Positions 25,190-39,747 are shown, numbered from the stretch's first letter. The stretch: DNA of 64,000 bases from Haliotis rubra (GCF_003918875.1 NW_025766736.1:248001-312000), one strand, 5' to 3'. The notes: generated by a model not told the origin, from the letters alone. A program made the numbers and translations.

Positions 25190-28175
25190 CTGTATGAAAG
25201 AAACTTCTTGCCCCTCAATATTGTAATCAAATGATGCATGCCAGAACCTCATGCCCCTCAACTCCACTATCGTACTCAAATGCTGTATTTCAGAAACGTC
25301 CTGCCCTTCGCTGCTGTAATTAAACGATGTATCTCGGAACACTTGTGCTCCTCGACATTGTAAAGAAAAGGTTTATATGGAAAGCTGAATATCGGAAACT
25401 TGTCAATTCCCTGACTCGTCCGTATTGAAAGTGACTCTCTCTATATCAGAGGGTTGACTTGATCTACCTAGTAAAATATGCAAATATAAAGCCTATTATC
25501 AGAGGCATACCCAGCACGGAAGTATACAAATGTTATTTTATCACAGGGACGATATGTTTGTAATGTAAGCGAATAGGCAACCACTCTTTCACAAACCCTC
25601 TTCACTAATATAATTTTAAGGAAGTGTTTCTTTACCAGCGGCTGGAGTCTCAATGTTCCCAGAAAATATGCGAATGTGCCGTCTCACTATTGAAGGCTTG
25701 CCCTTCACTAATGTAAGCAAATGTGTCTTCAGAGTAGGGTTGACGTGTTTATAACCCAAGCAAATGTTTCTCATTCACAGGCTTGCCCTTCACTAATCTA
25801 AACAAACGTTTTTGTTTTGTGTTTTTATTTCGGGCTTGACTCGTGAGTAATGTAAGCAAATGTTGCCTCTGAACAAGACAACTGCGTTTTACGAATGTTC
25901 GCAACGTTTCTTTCTCATAGGGATAACGCGTTTGTGATGTGATCAGTTACGTCGCCTATCTGTCACAGGCTTAGCCTTCAGTAACACACTTAAATATTTC
26001 TTTATCAATGGCTTGATTTGAGCCACCCAGTAATGTAGGCAAATATTCCACCCCTGTATTACGGGCTTGCCCTTCACGGATGTAAACAAATATGTCTTTA
26101 TGATAGCGCTTACTCGTGAGTAATGTGAGCAAACCTGTCTCTATCACAGGTTGCCCTTCACTAATATAAATAAGTATTTCTTGATCAGAGGCTTGACTTG
26201 TCTGTATTGTAAGCAAATGTTGTCTACCTTTAAGAACCTGCCACTCGGTAATGTAAACCGATCTCTCTATACGCTACAGCTGCTTATACAAGAGGTGTTA
26301 AGTGTTTCAAACTCCACACGCGACCTACATCTTTGTTAAAATGCGCTGTAAGTGCAGTGTTTATATAATGCCCTAACTGGAACCGGTAACGGTGTTCATT
26401 ACAAAGAGTTTACATTTCAGATTTTACGACATTTGACCTCTACTTCCGGTTTCTTGAAACTTAAAGCGATGGTCGTAGGCAGGAATGTTCTATGTCTTTT
26501 TATTTGTTTCCGATATACTCTACCTCGCCTTTCTGCCTGTGAAAGAAGGTTGTTGTTTCAAACTCAAGACGGGACCTGTATTTGTGGCAAAAGGCTGAAC
26601 GTGCCAAAGCCTGTACTGCTAATGCATCGACGGTATAGTTAGCTCGTAAGTGCTTGAGCGGTTTCAATGTTACACAATAAATTGTTGTTCGCCTTCAACT
26701 ATAGCCATAAATTACGCTGTGCTTTGGATAAGATAAAGTCGTTATGCATCTGGGAGACTCCACGTTATCAAGGATGCTCATGAGAAATGTGAAAGACACG
26801 TGTAGGATCACCCGCGGGTTATCGTGTAATAGTATATACACATTTACGGTTATCTTGAAATCCTTCAGCTTCTTCCAGGCATTTTAAAATTCCGCATCAA
26901 AATATCATTCATCATTTGACAAGTTTTTACGTACATATCATTCAACACTATACCTCCTGATAGGAGAAACAACACTCCCAGCACGCGAAGAGCGCTACAC
27001 CTTAGAGGATAGGCGAGGAGTGTTGGACACTTAAGACGTGCTGGTGTAGTCCCCCAGAGACATCAATCATTGGGTGCGAGGAAGACAGAAATAGTGACCT
27101 ACATCATCTTTTTTCCTGCGCTGAGAACTAACACCAGATTATAACAGGGAAGAATCACTCTTCATTGGTAATGAATGAGTTACCCTAATGCACATTTCTG
27201 TCAGTTAGGAATAACTTTTGTTTCTCCAGGTTTGGAAGAAAACGCATGCGTCTCAATCTAAATTCAAAAGTACAAACTCTGGAGTNNNNNNNNNNNNNNN
27301 NNNNNNNNNNNNNNNNNNNNNNNNNNNNNNNNNNNNNNNNNNNNNNNNNNNNNNNNNNNNNNNNNNNNNNNNNNNNNNNNNNNNNNNNNNNNNNNNNNNN
27401 NNNNNNNNNNNNNNNNNNNNNNNNNNNNNNNNNNNNNNNNNNNNNNNNNNNACTGCAACCATATGGCTGGAATATTGCTGAGTGCAGCGTTAAACAACAA
27501 ACAAATGAATATAATGCGTTCTGATGTAATTCTGGGAATATGCTGCTGATATATTTTAAATATTTTGCTATATATCCCTCGTTAAATTTACCTGATAGAA
27601 ATCTGTTCTCTGATAGTTCGGTTGGTAAAGCTCTTTCGTTTTATTCCCCATTATGAAATATTCAGTATATTCATTTAAATCTTATTATCAAATATAATAT
27701 AGTGAGTCATTATGTGTCTTACACGTTTAATGCGGAAATATCTATTATCAGTCCAAGTACCTCTTCTTGTATAAAACCCTCATCCGCGTATATTATCTTG
27801 AAACATGCATTCAAAACATATTATATAAATTCATCGAGACTACCGTCTCATTCGCTAGATCAGATAAATGAATACTAGTATTTTAAGTGTTCATCGATTC
27901 GAAGAATCTGAGACCGTTCTTTCAACGCCAGGAAATGAATGCTTCTCGTGATCTGAAACTATGAATAATATTTGACACGTGGTCAATATCAGTGGAGATG
28001 GCGGCATTCAATATCAAGAGACTTGCTTAATTGGTGCTAACTAGCTCTGACTTCCACCCACAAAAACACTGATCCGAGAATCATCCACTCAATGAAAACT
28101 AATTACAAACCGTTATAATTGAGTCATTTCACTCCGGTGTTCCAAGTCAATGTTATCGGTAAAATATTTCTCCGA

Positions 28176-28455
28176 TCACGTGATATCATTTATACAACAA
28201 ATCACGTGATATCTTTTCTATAACAGTGTTGGCTATGACGTGTATGTGTCTTTCACATAAATGGAAGCTATCGAAGTTGAACTTAAGCGACCATTAGGAA
28301 CGCGAATAGTCCTTCATTGGGCCATGGGTAACTATGTTAGTAGGTAATGCGTCATGATTGGTCGGTGTCAGGGCAAAATAGTATCTCATTGGTCAAGGGT
28401 CACCCGTAATGCACGATGATTGGATAAGGTGAGGGCCAAATCGTGTTTCTTTGGG
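28176..28455. promoter_or_regulatory. Candidate promoter/enhancer: two TCACGTGA E-boxes and phased ATTGG (CCAAT) boxes
   Basis: atcacgtgatatc occurs twice (E-boxes at 28176, 28202); ATTGG at 28316, 28357, 28388, 28419 and TTTGG at 28450. Confidence 0.4.
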
Positions 28456-29972
28456 TGAAGTCTTGTTCAATGATGTGACCGTTGAACCAAGACTCACTGA
28501 ATTTGAACAGTCGTCTAATGACTTACACTTCAAACTTCAGTTCAGCATTGCTGAAAATATTCCTTACAAGCAAAGTTCTTTGCGTCTAGAACTTTAAAAT
28601 CATAAAATCAACATAAACACAGTATAATTGATATCGGACTGTTACACTTTGGNNNNNNNNNNNNNNNNNNNNNNNNNNNNNNNNNNNNNNNNNNNNNNNN
28701 NNNNNNNNNNNNNNNNNNNNNNNNNNNNNNNNNNNNNNNNNNNNNNNNNNNNNNNNNNNNNNNNNNNNNNNNNNNNNNNNNNNNNNNNNNNNNNNNNNNN
28801 NNNNNNNNNNNNNNNNNNNNNNNNNNNNNNNNNNNNNNNNNNNNNNNNNNNNNNNNNNNNNNNNNNNNNNNNNNNNNNNNNNNNNNNNNNNNNNNNNNNN
28901 NNNNNNNNNNNNNNNNNNNNNNNNNNNNNNNNNNNNNNNNNNNNNNNNNNNNNNNNNNNNNNNNNNNNNNNNNNNNNNNNNNNNNNNNNNNNNNNNNNNN
29001 NNNNNNNNNNNNNNNNNNNNNNNNNNNNNNNNNNNNNNNNNNNNNNNNNNNNNNNNCCTAGAAACTCTTCAATATCAGCCACTATATCTTAATATTGAAC
29101 TTGTGGTCGATATCAACTTATATATGTATAAAGAACCTACACGAATGGTTTTGTACAATCATTAATACAATGTCTAAATCTCCGGTAATAATTTTTGCTG
29201 CACCATATACAATCGCAGAACGACATAACATGTTAAATTTACCCTTTTTCTAAAGCATTTCTGTGCTCAAGTTTATGAACATCACAAGTAATGTAACGTC
29301 AGTTGTAACGACAATTACATCAACGTTTTTGCGAGTAAACGTTCTCGGCCTTTACTTAAGTAAACATGTGTTCATTCGTAGCATTCAAACACCAGTGATG
29401 CTCCGCTAATGTACAAAGCGGAGGGTCTATCCCTCTGTGAAATGAGCATGATCAATTTCAGGGCTGGTACTCCCAGAGTGGCTCCCTGTAGTGTCATTCG
29501 TTTCATACGAATGGTTACAATATTTGTTAATAACAACACTGATTGCAGGAGGCTGAAACATATTTGTCGGGAGATTGAATTTAGCTCTGGTTTGCTTTAC
29601 CTGTAATGGTGCTGTACGGTGCCCGGATTCCGTTATTCCTGGGGAGGCTGGGCTGCTAATTGGACGATACACTGTTAGTGTGTGTGGCATTCCTGCAGTG
29701 ACACTGGAACTCGTTGGGATGCGGTGATGTACAAATATCATATGAGAGTGGACGCTTAGAGAGTGGAACTTAAGCAAATTATTAGACATAACGGCGTGGT
29801 TAAAATTACCGTTACTCTGATGTACATGTAAATTCCACTATGCGGACTATTACTTGAATGTTAGGACAAAATAGTCAGCGGTCCAACTTGTTCAGAATGT
29901 CGACCTTACAGAAGGTATCGAGTTAAACTCTGTAATGTATATAATTGGACAGTTATATGCTTCTGCAAGTAT

Positions 29973-30140
29973 GGGGGCGGTGGGGTAGCCAAGTGGGTAC
30001 AGCGTTCGCTCGTCACACCGACGATCCGGGTTCAATTCCACACATGGGTACAATGTGTGAAGCCCATTTCTGGTGTCCCCCTCCCTGGTATTGCAGGAAT
30101 ATGGCTGAAAGCGGCGTACAATTTATATCACTCACTCACT
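29973..30140 (+). mobile_element. SINE family A
   Basis: Consensus match; degenerate TSD tctgcaagtat/tctacaggtat. Confidence 0.9.
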
Positions 30141-30421
30141 CTACAGGTATGATGAAGTTTGGACTGCTTGTTAAACTTTTATTTATTTAACAGAACTCTG
30201 ATGGTTATTTCCAAAGATAAATTGGTATGTAAATGTACGGCTTGTTCCGGCCTCTTTGAAACGACACAAGATAAGAAAATATGGTATATTCCAAGGGGAA
30301 ATTTTGACTCCATCGTTTGTGTCCATATACCATGATACATAAAAGCATAATACACACCATATATGAACGAAGTTAAGTACGTAAGGTGATTTTAAGGTTT
30401 AACAATCATTTTTGATATACA

Positions 30422-30579
30422 AGTGAGTGAGTATGGCTTTACGCCGCTTTTAGCAATATTCCAGCAATATCACGATGGGGGCACCAGAAATGGTCTTCAC
30501 ACATGCTTATGCGGGGAATCGAACCCGGGTCTTCCGCGTGACGTGCGAACGGTTTAAACCGCTTGGCTACCCCACCACC
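30422..30579 (-). mobile_element. SINE family A
   Basis: Reverse consensus match. Confidence 0.88.
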
Positions 30580-31072
30580 AAACCTTGATGCTAGAACACC
30601 AATCAGGAAACATGTTTCTGATTGCATTAGTTGATGGCGACTATTAGTTCTGGTTTTCCATTCGCTGTGTATGGCATTTTAGGAGAAGAGAGAAACAGTG
30701 TATATAATTGCAGTGCATAAGTACAGACTGCGTGGTTAAATGTCTAAATGTCTATTATATTTATAGTACTTCTATCACTAAGCGAGATAATGACCACCCA
30801 TACTAATGTCTAATCATATTGTCAAAATGGTCCTGGTACAACCGTTCTGCACCACAAATATGGGTGGCTGGAAGGTTGCGATATCACTGCGATTAATTAT
30901 TCCTTGAAGCGACCAGTCACGTTGAGCTGAGACTGGCTGAGATGTAGACAAACCTGATCAATGTGGTGGTGGACGGAAGTGTCGCCATCTTGCACTGACA
31001 AAGGAGATGTATTAAATGAGACAGTGGTTGACAGTGATAGCCCAATAACTCTTACATCCCAAGCTGCTCCAC

Positions 31073-31485
31073 TTCACCACCATCACCACCATCACCACCA
31101 CCACCACCACCAAAGCCACCTCCATCATAAAGCCACCAATCACCACCACCACCATTATCACCACGACCNNNNNNNNNNNNNNNNNNNNNNNNNNNNNNNN
31201 NNNNNNNNNNNNNNNNNNNNNNNNNNNNNNNNNNNNNNNNNNNNNNNNNNNNNNNNNNNNNNNNNNNNNNNNNNNNNNNNNNNNNNNNNNNNNNNNNNNN
31301 NNNNNNNNNNNNNNNNNNNNNNNNNNNNNNNNNNNNNNNNNNNNNNNNNNNNNNNNNNNNNNNNNNCACCAATCACCATCACCATTATCACCACGACCAC
31401 CAATCACCATCACCACCACCACTATCACCACCATCGCCACCACCACCAATCACCATCTTCATCATCATCATCATTATTATCATCA
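31073..31485. repeat. (CAC/CAT)n microsatellite spanning gap 31169-31366
   Basis: Read directly; source of the spurious poly-His ORF. Confidence 0.92.
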
Positions 31486-33049
31486 ACCAGTCTGAATTCT
31501 TTATCATATCCTTTATCATAATTCCATTTACAAGGAGCACATTGATTATGCCTGCCTACCCAATAATGGTTAGGGACACTTCAAATAACACGCAGAGTTG
31601 TATCCCTTAGTGGATTCAGGATCTCGTGAGAATAGATTCGAATCCCGCTTCCCTCTGATTGTGACCCTTGGTTAATTAACATCATACACGTGCTCAATAA
31701 ATTCAACAGATTTGTAAACTTGTATGTTCTTCGCTCCCTCAGGCTTTTTCCCACGTTAGGTTGTCGCGATGTGATTCGTAACCGAAAGACTTACACCTTG
31801 TGAATGCCATGTGATAGACAGCTTAATGTCGATCTATTAGTAGGAGTGATCGTCACCATCGTCTGGTTGACATGTCACTGAATCTACTATTTCACGAAGC
31901 CAACTCGATGGCGATAAATCATGTGTCTACTGATGGATGGTGTAAGCAAACTATCTGTGTCATGTCAAATAAAGAATTGTGAATGTCATGTGCCTGGTCA
32001 GTAAAATCCATCAAACAGCTTGGACAACATGGAGTCTAATGATGTACAATGCGTGGGTCAGATGACTGGGTGACACTGAAACATCCATCTGGATGGCGTG
32101 ATCAGATGACTGGGTGACACCGAAACGTTTATCTGGATGGCGTGGGTGAGATGACACTGACCATGAAGCAATCACATCGTTGACCTTAAGTCGGACTACC
32201 AGATCACACCGAACTATGAGTCAGATAACTATGTGACATTATATTGATCTGCCTGAATATCATACCATCTAGTGCTTGAATGGCTGATAGGTAAATGGTT
32301 ATTATTTATTGACACACAACCAAACATCAACCGAAACCTTACCACCAAAATATTAAGTCTTCACTGCGACAACCAGAGGATACGTATGACCATTTCCAAA
32401 CAGGATCCCTACAATGTTGAAATGGAGTCAAACGTCTGGAGCCTAAAGCATAAAAAAAATACCGATAGGTAAACTTATGGAAAGCTAAAACCGATAGGCT
32501 GGACACTAGAGCCATGGCCTGCCAATCAGCTGAATAGTGCATGGAGACAGGTTCTTGCATGGTATGGAACCAATGTCGAAATAGTCTGGAGAAAGGTGTA
32601 TATGTGGCAAAATGTCAAATCCAGTGCACAGACGCGTTGATTCAGATATCAGGATGGAGCGGCGCCAAATACAAAGTGTCAAATTGGTCCCAATGGTGTT
32701 CATTAAGATGACACACTGATATAGACCGAATCTGATGGCGCGGACCCAAGAGTAAAGAACACAAGAAAACCAAATCAGTGGATTGTGGTATAAACTGGTA
32801 AAAGAAGCAAAACCAGACCCGTGCTTCCTTTAAATGAATGCATGTCAATCCGATATACAATTTCTAAAATCACACCATTTCTATCTTGTCTGTCACGGAA
32901 TGAATATAATTCAACTCATCAGCTAATATTTAACGCAGTGTTTCCTTTTGCAGTTTTCAACACAATGAATGATTCCCAATTTGCAGAAGATTTACTTAAC
33001 CCTGGAAGCAGAGGTATAAGATACACGTGAAAGGTATACTAATGTGGTT

Positions 33050-33123
33050 GATACATGTCTAAAACGTCTAGGATACATGTCTAAAACGTCTAGGATACAT
33101 GTCTAAAACGTCTAGGATACATG
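33050..33123. repeat. 22-bp tandem repeat, about 3.3 copies
   Basis: Perfect gatacatgtctaaaacgtctag units. Confidence 0.9.
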
Positions 33124-34189
33124 CCAGAAAACTCGCATGTTTTCCTTCATTAAATAAATCATTGGTTCCCCCGTCCCTCCCCTTGATCTGAAAATAGACG
33201 ATAGTTGCTTTGGGGAGAGCCTGCCATGTCTCTCACGAAGTTGGTATTATTGTTCACCGTGATGAAACAGGTGCTTGAACTGTCTAATTATCGCTTTAAA
33301 CCTTTTTTCAGCCACGGCTCTGTTCTGATCTGACCCTTGTGCGTGGTTCGATAGTAAAAACAGATCGAACTTGTCAGGCTTTTAGAAGTGTCAATGCGGA
33401 TGCTTTTTCTAGATTAGACAATACACAGTATATTTACCTTACTAAAATGTGCATTTACTCTATCTACCCGGTACATTGTTGTCTTTGTTTATGAACGTAT
33501 GAACGTATTAAAATTGGTTGCATCTTTCGTTTTTGGACATTAGATGGCCCAGAACTACTTCAACACACCTTCTTCATTGATTAGGTACATGAAATCACTC
33601 ACAGGTAAAGAAGAGGCTCTTTGCTGAACGATTTAACAAAACTTATCGAAAGTACAGGTTGGAAAACAAATATTACATTACTGGCAATTGAGGTGCTCGA
33701 TTAATTCCATCCGTGCAGAAAGGTGTCAAGTGTTGACATACAGCTAAGTGTTTCAAGTGAGAACTGATGGAGGTTCAAGCTGTTGATAACATTAGGTGGG
33801 GTTATAGATTTACGGATTGTGATCAGTGAACAGATTGTCTCAGTTTGGTACTGGGAGTAAACGGTTATGTTTCACCATTTGTCAGTGCTTCTGCTTCACC
33901 GCTGGGGATGTTATCAGAACGATCCTCTTACCTTTAATCACAGAAAGAATGGCAAGGTCATTTGTCGCTCATTTAGAGTTTATTTACTTATTGACACAGT
34001 TGAGTTCTTTGTCATAAGTATCCTGATTTGCACAGTAACAGTTGCACTGCTTTTGTCATATGGACACCGTTTCACACCATGGTGATGCTTTATCGCTAAT
34101 TATGAAACTGCTTCCTATTGCGTTGTTATCAGCAATATCCTAGTTAATCTATCACAGATGGTGTTATGAAGTAAAGCACAACATTCTTG

Positions 34190-34405
34190 GGGGTTATTCT
34201 TCAGTAACCCATGCTTGTCGTAAGAGGAGACTAACGGGATCGGGTGGTCAGACTCACTGACTTGGTTGACACATGCCATTGTATCCCAATTGCATAAAAC
34301 GATGTTCATGATGTTGATCACTGGATTCTCTGATCCAGGCTCGATTATTTACAGACCGCCCTCATATAGCTGAAATATTGCTCAGCGCGGCGTTAAACAA
34401 CAAGT
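34190..34405 (+). mobile_element. Retroposon family B
   Basis: cttcagtaacccatgcttgtcgtaagaggagactaacgggatcggg...aatattgctcagcgcggcgttaaacaac. Confidence 0.88.
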
Positions 34406-37400
34406 GAACACATTTAAGGTTGTCTATCTTGCTTAACATTGTTCTGCTAAGTTTCGTAATTTTCTTAACTATTCTCGTCATTACTTGAAAACAGAATGAA
34501 ATAATGAAAACCCAAAGTTGTTTTTTGCTGTCATTTGAAAATCATGATTGCTGGGTAATCTTGGTTTAGAAACCAACAACTACTTTCATTTTGTTTCTGG
34601 TGTCTGGCATCTCTTACTGATTTTGGAAACCGTTGTTCTTGAACATATAGATTGTAACGTTGTTGTTGAACGTAAATATAATTGGCCAGACTACCTATTT
34701 TTGTCCCTGTTGCGGTTTCTATTTCTTGTTCGACATCTTTGTTTTTGAACCATATGTCCAATGTACCATTCTTATGTGTATTTATAAATAACATTCATTC
34801 TCAGGAGCAAGCTATCAGAAGGCGAACATTTTCACAACAACGACGGGTCTTCATTAAACACGACAGACAGAACGAGGATTTTCCCCAAACCCACGTCAAT
34901 AGGATAGCACTTTCCTGCAGGTAATTTAAACCTAGCGGTTGCATGTCTGACATTCCAAAGGTGATAGTTTTGGGGAACCGTAGTTGAAACAGTGTTATGT
35001 TGAGTATCAGAACTCCCGCCTGCAGAGTCATACAATTACAACCATCGTCTTTCGAATCCACATTTAGAGAACCTATTAGGAATAAGGAGGTCGCCCGCTG
35101 AGTCTTGTACATTGCTGGAGATTATTTGCGCAAAAGGTTGCACGAGCATTTCGAAATCATATCACGTGACATCCATTGATTTATGATTCTGGATATCCCA
35201 TCTGAAAATTGGAGAAGCATTCCAATTAAATTTCATAGGTTTCTTTCCCATTTCATCCTGGCTTGATTCTGTAAAGCGTGTTTGTGTTGATGGATAAATC
35301 AACAAGTGCAATCCACATTGCAGACGTTTTGTCACACAAACACTTTAATTTAAAAGGTAACATCAGCGGTATGGTAAAAGAAATACTGGATTCTCGAGTC
35401 CTTGAACTCTTTCGCACAACACACGGCTCGTTTCCTCGGCATTGAGTGAATGGCGTTTTACACGGTGCTTTCGTATTCCAAGAAGTCGGGCCAAGAGGGA
35501 GCGAGGACAAACAATGAACCAGTTAAGCCGGCCTGAGATGGGAGTTTAGCCATTGAATCACTATTGGAATAGGAGAACAATCCATTCCAATTTCATTTGC
35601 CTCTTTCAAAGAAAATGCGCATTTCTTCCAAAAGACGATCTAGAAAAACGCGTGTGGCATCAAGTACACGGAGATTGCTTCTTCTTATCTTTATGCCTAT
35701 TTAAAGTCAAAGTTTGCTCTGCAGGCACATGCGATAACAGTATGCCAATGGTTGTTAACGATCTGTGAATGCTGTTACATTTAGAGCAATTATATTATTG
35801 TCCATCGACACCTGACAAATCTGGATTTTAAATTATATCACTATTACGTAGCAGTTAGTGAGGTGGTTTAGCAGGACGCGACTTTAACTAAAATATTAAA
35901 GTCATATCACGTCGTGTGATTTCATATTGGATGAAATCCGGAAATGAAACAGGTCTTGAACGTTTGACAATATGAGACACCCCTTGACACACATGATCAT
36001 TGTTACGGTCCTGAGAAGCCTAGACATGTAATCAGGAAGAATCGTAACATTTGTTACATATGTTACATTTGGGATTACAATTTTCTCTGTGAACTGCAGA
36101 TTCTAGCAATCTTTTGTTTTGGATTCGAACTTACGATTCAAAGAAGGAACCGGCATCGAACCAACAATCATAGGTTACGGCACTGCGGTAAGCGGCGACT
36201 TAGACGACTGGGCCACTCGTGCCTACAGTAGTCATAGAACTCCTATTACGTTGTCAGTCTGTCAGTGAAAAGAGTCATAAATCCTGAGACGTCAGAACTT
36301 GAGGTACAAGCATATTATTTTGGCCCCTGCATTTTACGTATTCGCAGTTCCATGTCAGGTGTGAGTGATGGAGGGAATGCATGCACGTCTAACTTTTTAA
36401 ATTCCCGGAAGGAAGAAAAATATGAGCTCATAATTGCTTTAGAGCTTCACCTGACATGCTACGTCATGCTGAAAACTTGAACGTATTTATCATCGGCAAC
36501 GCTTCCATGCATGTCTTCGACCCTTTTCGTCGTAACCAGATAGATATGAAGATACCGTGGACCCTACACCTTGTCGGGAAGAAGTTAAGTGAGTAAAGAG
36601 TTCGTTGGAGTTGGGTTCAGAGATTGGAAACGCTGGATGCGTAATAACTCTGGTGTTAAGATGCATATTTAGCTCGATGCATTAAAGACACGCCACTAGA
36701 GTTGGACGAACCAATGCTCTGATCAGCAGACAGGAGGTGGAATATATGAATCGGGGTCGGTGGTGTAACCTAGTGGTCAAAGTGTTGCCTCGTCAAACAC
36801 CGGGTTAGATTTGATACTGATATCAAGCAAAAGGGTAATACAATCAATCAAACGCTTGATCTAATAATAAGCAGGGTTTGATGTTCCTGGGATTACAATG
36901 CTGTAATGGAGCTGAACGAGAAACGTGTCTGAATCTTTTTAAAGATTCTTACATTTTCATGTAACAGAGTAGGTTCTATACCGACCTGTTCAGAGATTTT
37001 GCATTTGGGTATACCCAAACATAACTACAGTCTGCTGATGAACTGTTGATTTTTCAATTTGAAGCAAAGAAATTCCTGTTCTCACACCTTGAAACTGCAA
37101 CCCATTTAAACATACAAATTTCATCTGAGTAATCTGGATGAAAGAGTTGCCTTGCCCTATTTGCACAAAATTTAAGGGTCAAGGACGTCCAGACATAGAA
37201 GCACGTGGACGTCAGTCCATTCGTCTTGATGTGGGTCATGCCTTCTGAAGGAGGTTCCTGGAGTTCTGCTGACCCGAAAATGCCGAGTCAAGGTTTGTAC
37301 AATTTGTAGAACTAATTACACACGGAGGGCATGAAAGGACGCGGGGTCGATGGAGGTCACGTGACCCAGACTGCATGTACCAATCAATCAAAACGCTCGA

Positions 37401-37949
37401 TATCTGCAAGTTATAAGGCAGATGAATTTCATTGTGAAACCATTTGATCAATAAGAGACCAAAAGTTTGGCATCAAATTAGCAAAATTGGGCGATTGATA
37501 TGACATCGAGCTATAGAAGTCGAATGACACTGGAAGCAGAGCTGTTTTGAAGTAGGAGGTCGGTGAGTGGCTACAGCGGCCGAAGGGCAGGAAGGCTCTC
37601 AGCTCAGAGGATGGTCAACATTTTCCACTTAACGCTGTGTTGGATAAGAGAACCGGTTGTTGTGACCCACTGACCCCCTGCAGAAACACGTTCTTGATAG
37701 TTTTTGTCTTTATACATGAGCATTGGCAGCACCACTTAAAATGTGTATACTTTTACTGTGTCGTAATTACATTTTGGCGTTTCTGAACGCATTTATGGTA
37801 GACCCGTGTGGCCCTTGTACATGGCCATCGCAAACAGGTCTTAATGGTCTCTGTGCACGCTTGCTTTGCATTAAAAAGTCAGCGGTTCATTCATGACTGC
37901 GTTACAATAGCTATCCTGACACATGCTTACTTAAAACAATAATTTCTCT

Positions 37950-38850
37950 TATCTGATTTTGGTCACTCATACCTCACGTCTTGAATGCACCGTGAAATAT
38001 GTTTTATACTCGGATTCTGGTCATATGACTTGTGTTCTATAGATCGTAACAGGTGATCCTTTGACTCGACAGTTCTGTGTCAGTAGTAGATCTTGTCTTC
38101 AATTCCTTGTGACAAATCGTTCCTCAACAGGTTTTGATCACTTGTCCCTGTCATTGAGAATACGACCATGACAACTGATTCTCTATTCTGACAGATTCTG
38201 GTCATATGTCTTGTCTTCCATAAATCGTAACAGGTGATCCTTTGACTTGAGAGTTCTGTATCAATAGTATATCTCGAACCTCTATTCGTTGTGAGAAACA
38301 GTTCCTGATTGGACAGGTTTGGGGGCTCTCATTTATCATATGCAGTGACAAATGATTGAATTTCTATGTTCTGACAGATTCTGGTCATAATCTTTGTCTT
38401 CCATCGAAATGTTCAAAATGTTCCTTTGATAGTTCTCGTGTTCTATTCGTGGTTTTGGTCACTGTTCCCTCTCGTCTTGCATACGACCGTGACAAATGAC
38501 TCTCTATTCTGGCAGATTCTGGTCACAATCTATGTCTTCCTTCAATAGATCTTAACAGACAACCTCATGACAGTTCTTGCATGGTCAGTAGTGGCTGGAC
38601 CTGGTCCAGCAGATGTCATGAAAAATAATTCTCTGACAGAAGTGGTTCCACCATTGCATAGGCCATGGCAAATTATTCTCTATTCTGACAGATTCTGGTC
38701 AAAATCTGTGTCTTCCATGGATCGTAACAGACGTAGATCCTGACAGTTCTTGGTCAGTAGTAGCTAGACCTGGTCCAGCAGATGTCATGAGAAATGATCC
38801 TCTGACAGAAGTAGTTCTTGCATAGGCCATGACAAATGATTCCCTCTGTT
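37950..38850. repeat. Degenerate tandem repeat of about 140-185 bp, 5 copies
   Basis: gattctggtca anchors near 38012, 38194, 38378, 38515 and 38691, with a shared tgacaaatgattctctattctgac context. Confidence 0.7.
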
Positions 38851-39747
38851 CCTTGTTACCAAATAGACAGTCTTACTTTAACCGTGACAGATCTGTGCCA
38901 CCAGCTTCGCATTTGTATCACGTCTTCCGCAGGGATGAACCTGCCTGCCAACTACCGCACAGGAATAGAACTGTACAGTCACATTGTTTAAGTGGGTTAG
39001 GAGTATGAGGCAGTTGAAGATTCTGCCTGACAACCAATAACGTCGGTAAATAGAACACGTTAGGATCACTTTCCGTTTTCAGAATGAAAGCATTAGTACT
39101 CAACGTAGGTCGTCTTTAGCAGTACTTTACACTGATGTATCATGTCTGCATGCTCTGATTTCTAATTTGCTTCTATGCATTATCAAGGTTGTGCTTACAT
39201 GTTCATCTCGTTTGTATGTTCTGTTGTATCACGTTTGGTTGCTATACAAACTAAATATTCAATAAAAAGGTGTTAAGCTATTGATATTTTTATCAATATT
39301 GAGATCGATAGTTTAACATCGAGACAGATAATTTTCAATTAGTTTTGTATTAATTGCTGAACGTTAGATGACCATAGATGTTGTTAGATGATTGACCAAC
39401 GCACCCAACTGTCCATGAAAAGTCATCATTATCGCTTCAATCTGTATTATCGCTTTAATCTGTACTCTCAAGACAATCCTGGATTCGACGAGGCATACTC
39501 CTAATCAAACATCCAATGTTAACTTGGTTCATTCCATTCCATTATTCATGCGGGGCAGCGTCAACTTCGTTGAGAATTGTCGGTAGTTGTTGACTGTGAC
39601 GTCCAAGGATATCCCAAAAATGTTCAATTTGTCTGGACTGAGTGTTAACCATGGCTATGTTCTACTGACGGAGGTACTCAAAAATGGAATATTACCTACA
39701 TTATAATGGTGTATGTAGCGTGTGTAGTGTACAGTACACAACCCTGT

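Larger units (their letters stand above)
24480..26260. repeat. Degenerate 40-50-bp tandem repeats (two motif types) hosting a SINE pair
   Basis: Recurrent gaaacgtcttgcccct...tgtaat..aatgatgtat (24480-25360) and ggcttgcccttcactaatgtaagcaaa (25650-26250). Confidence 0.55.

Noticed and set aside
29427-29789. Minus-strand exon candidate ending in CAG|gtaaag near 29600
   Set aside because: There is no recognisable domain, clear acceptor or partner exon, so it cannot be supported without RNA data.
30961-31521. Poly-His protein ORF
   Set aside because: It is a (CAC/CAT)n microsatellite bridged by an N gap.
34500-37400. Possible decayed transposase fragments (P/THAP9-like near 35100, hAT zinc-finger-like near 37100)
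   Set aside because: Only a few residues resemble the motifs, with many stops; a translated HMM search would be needed.
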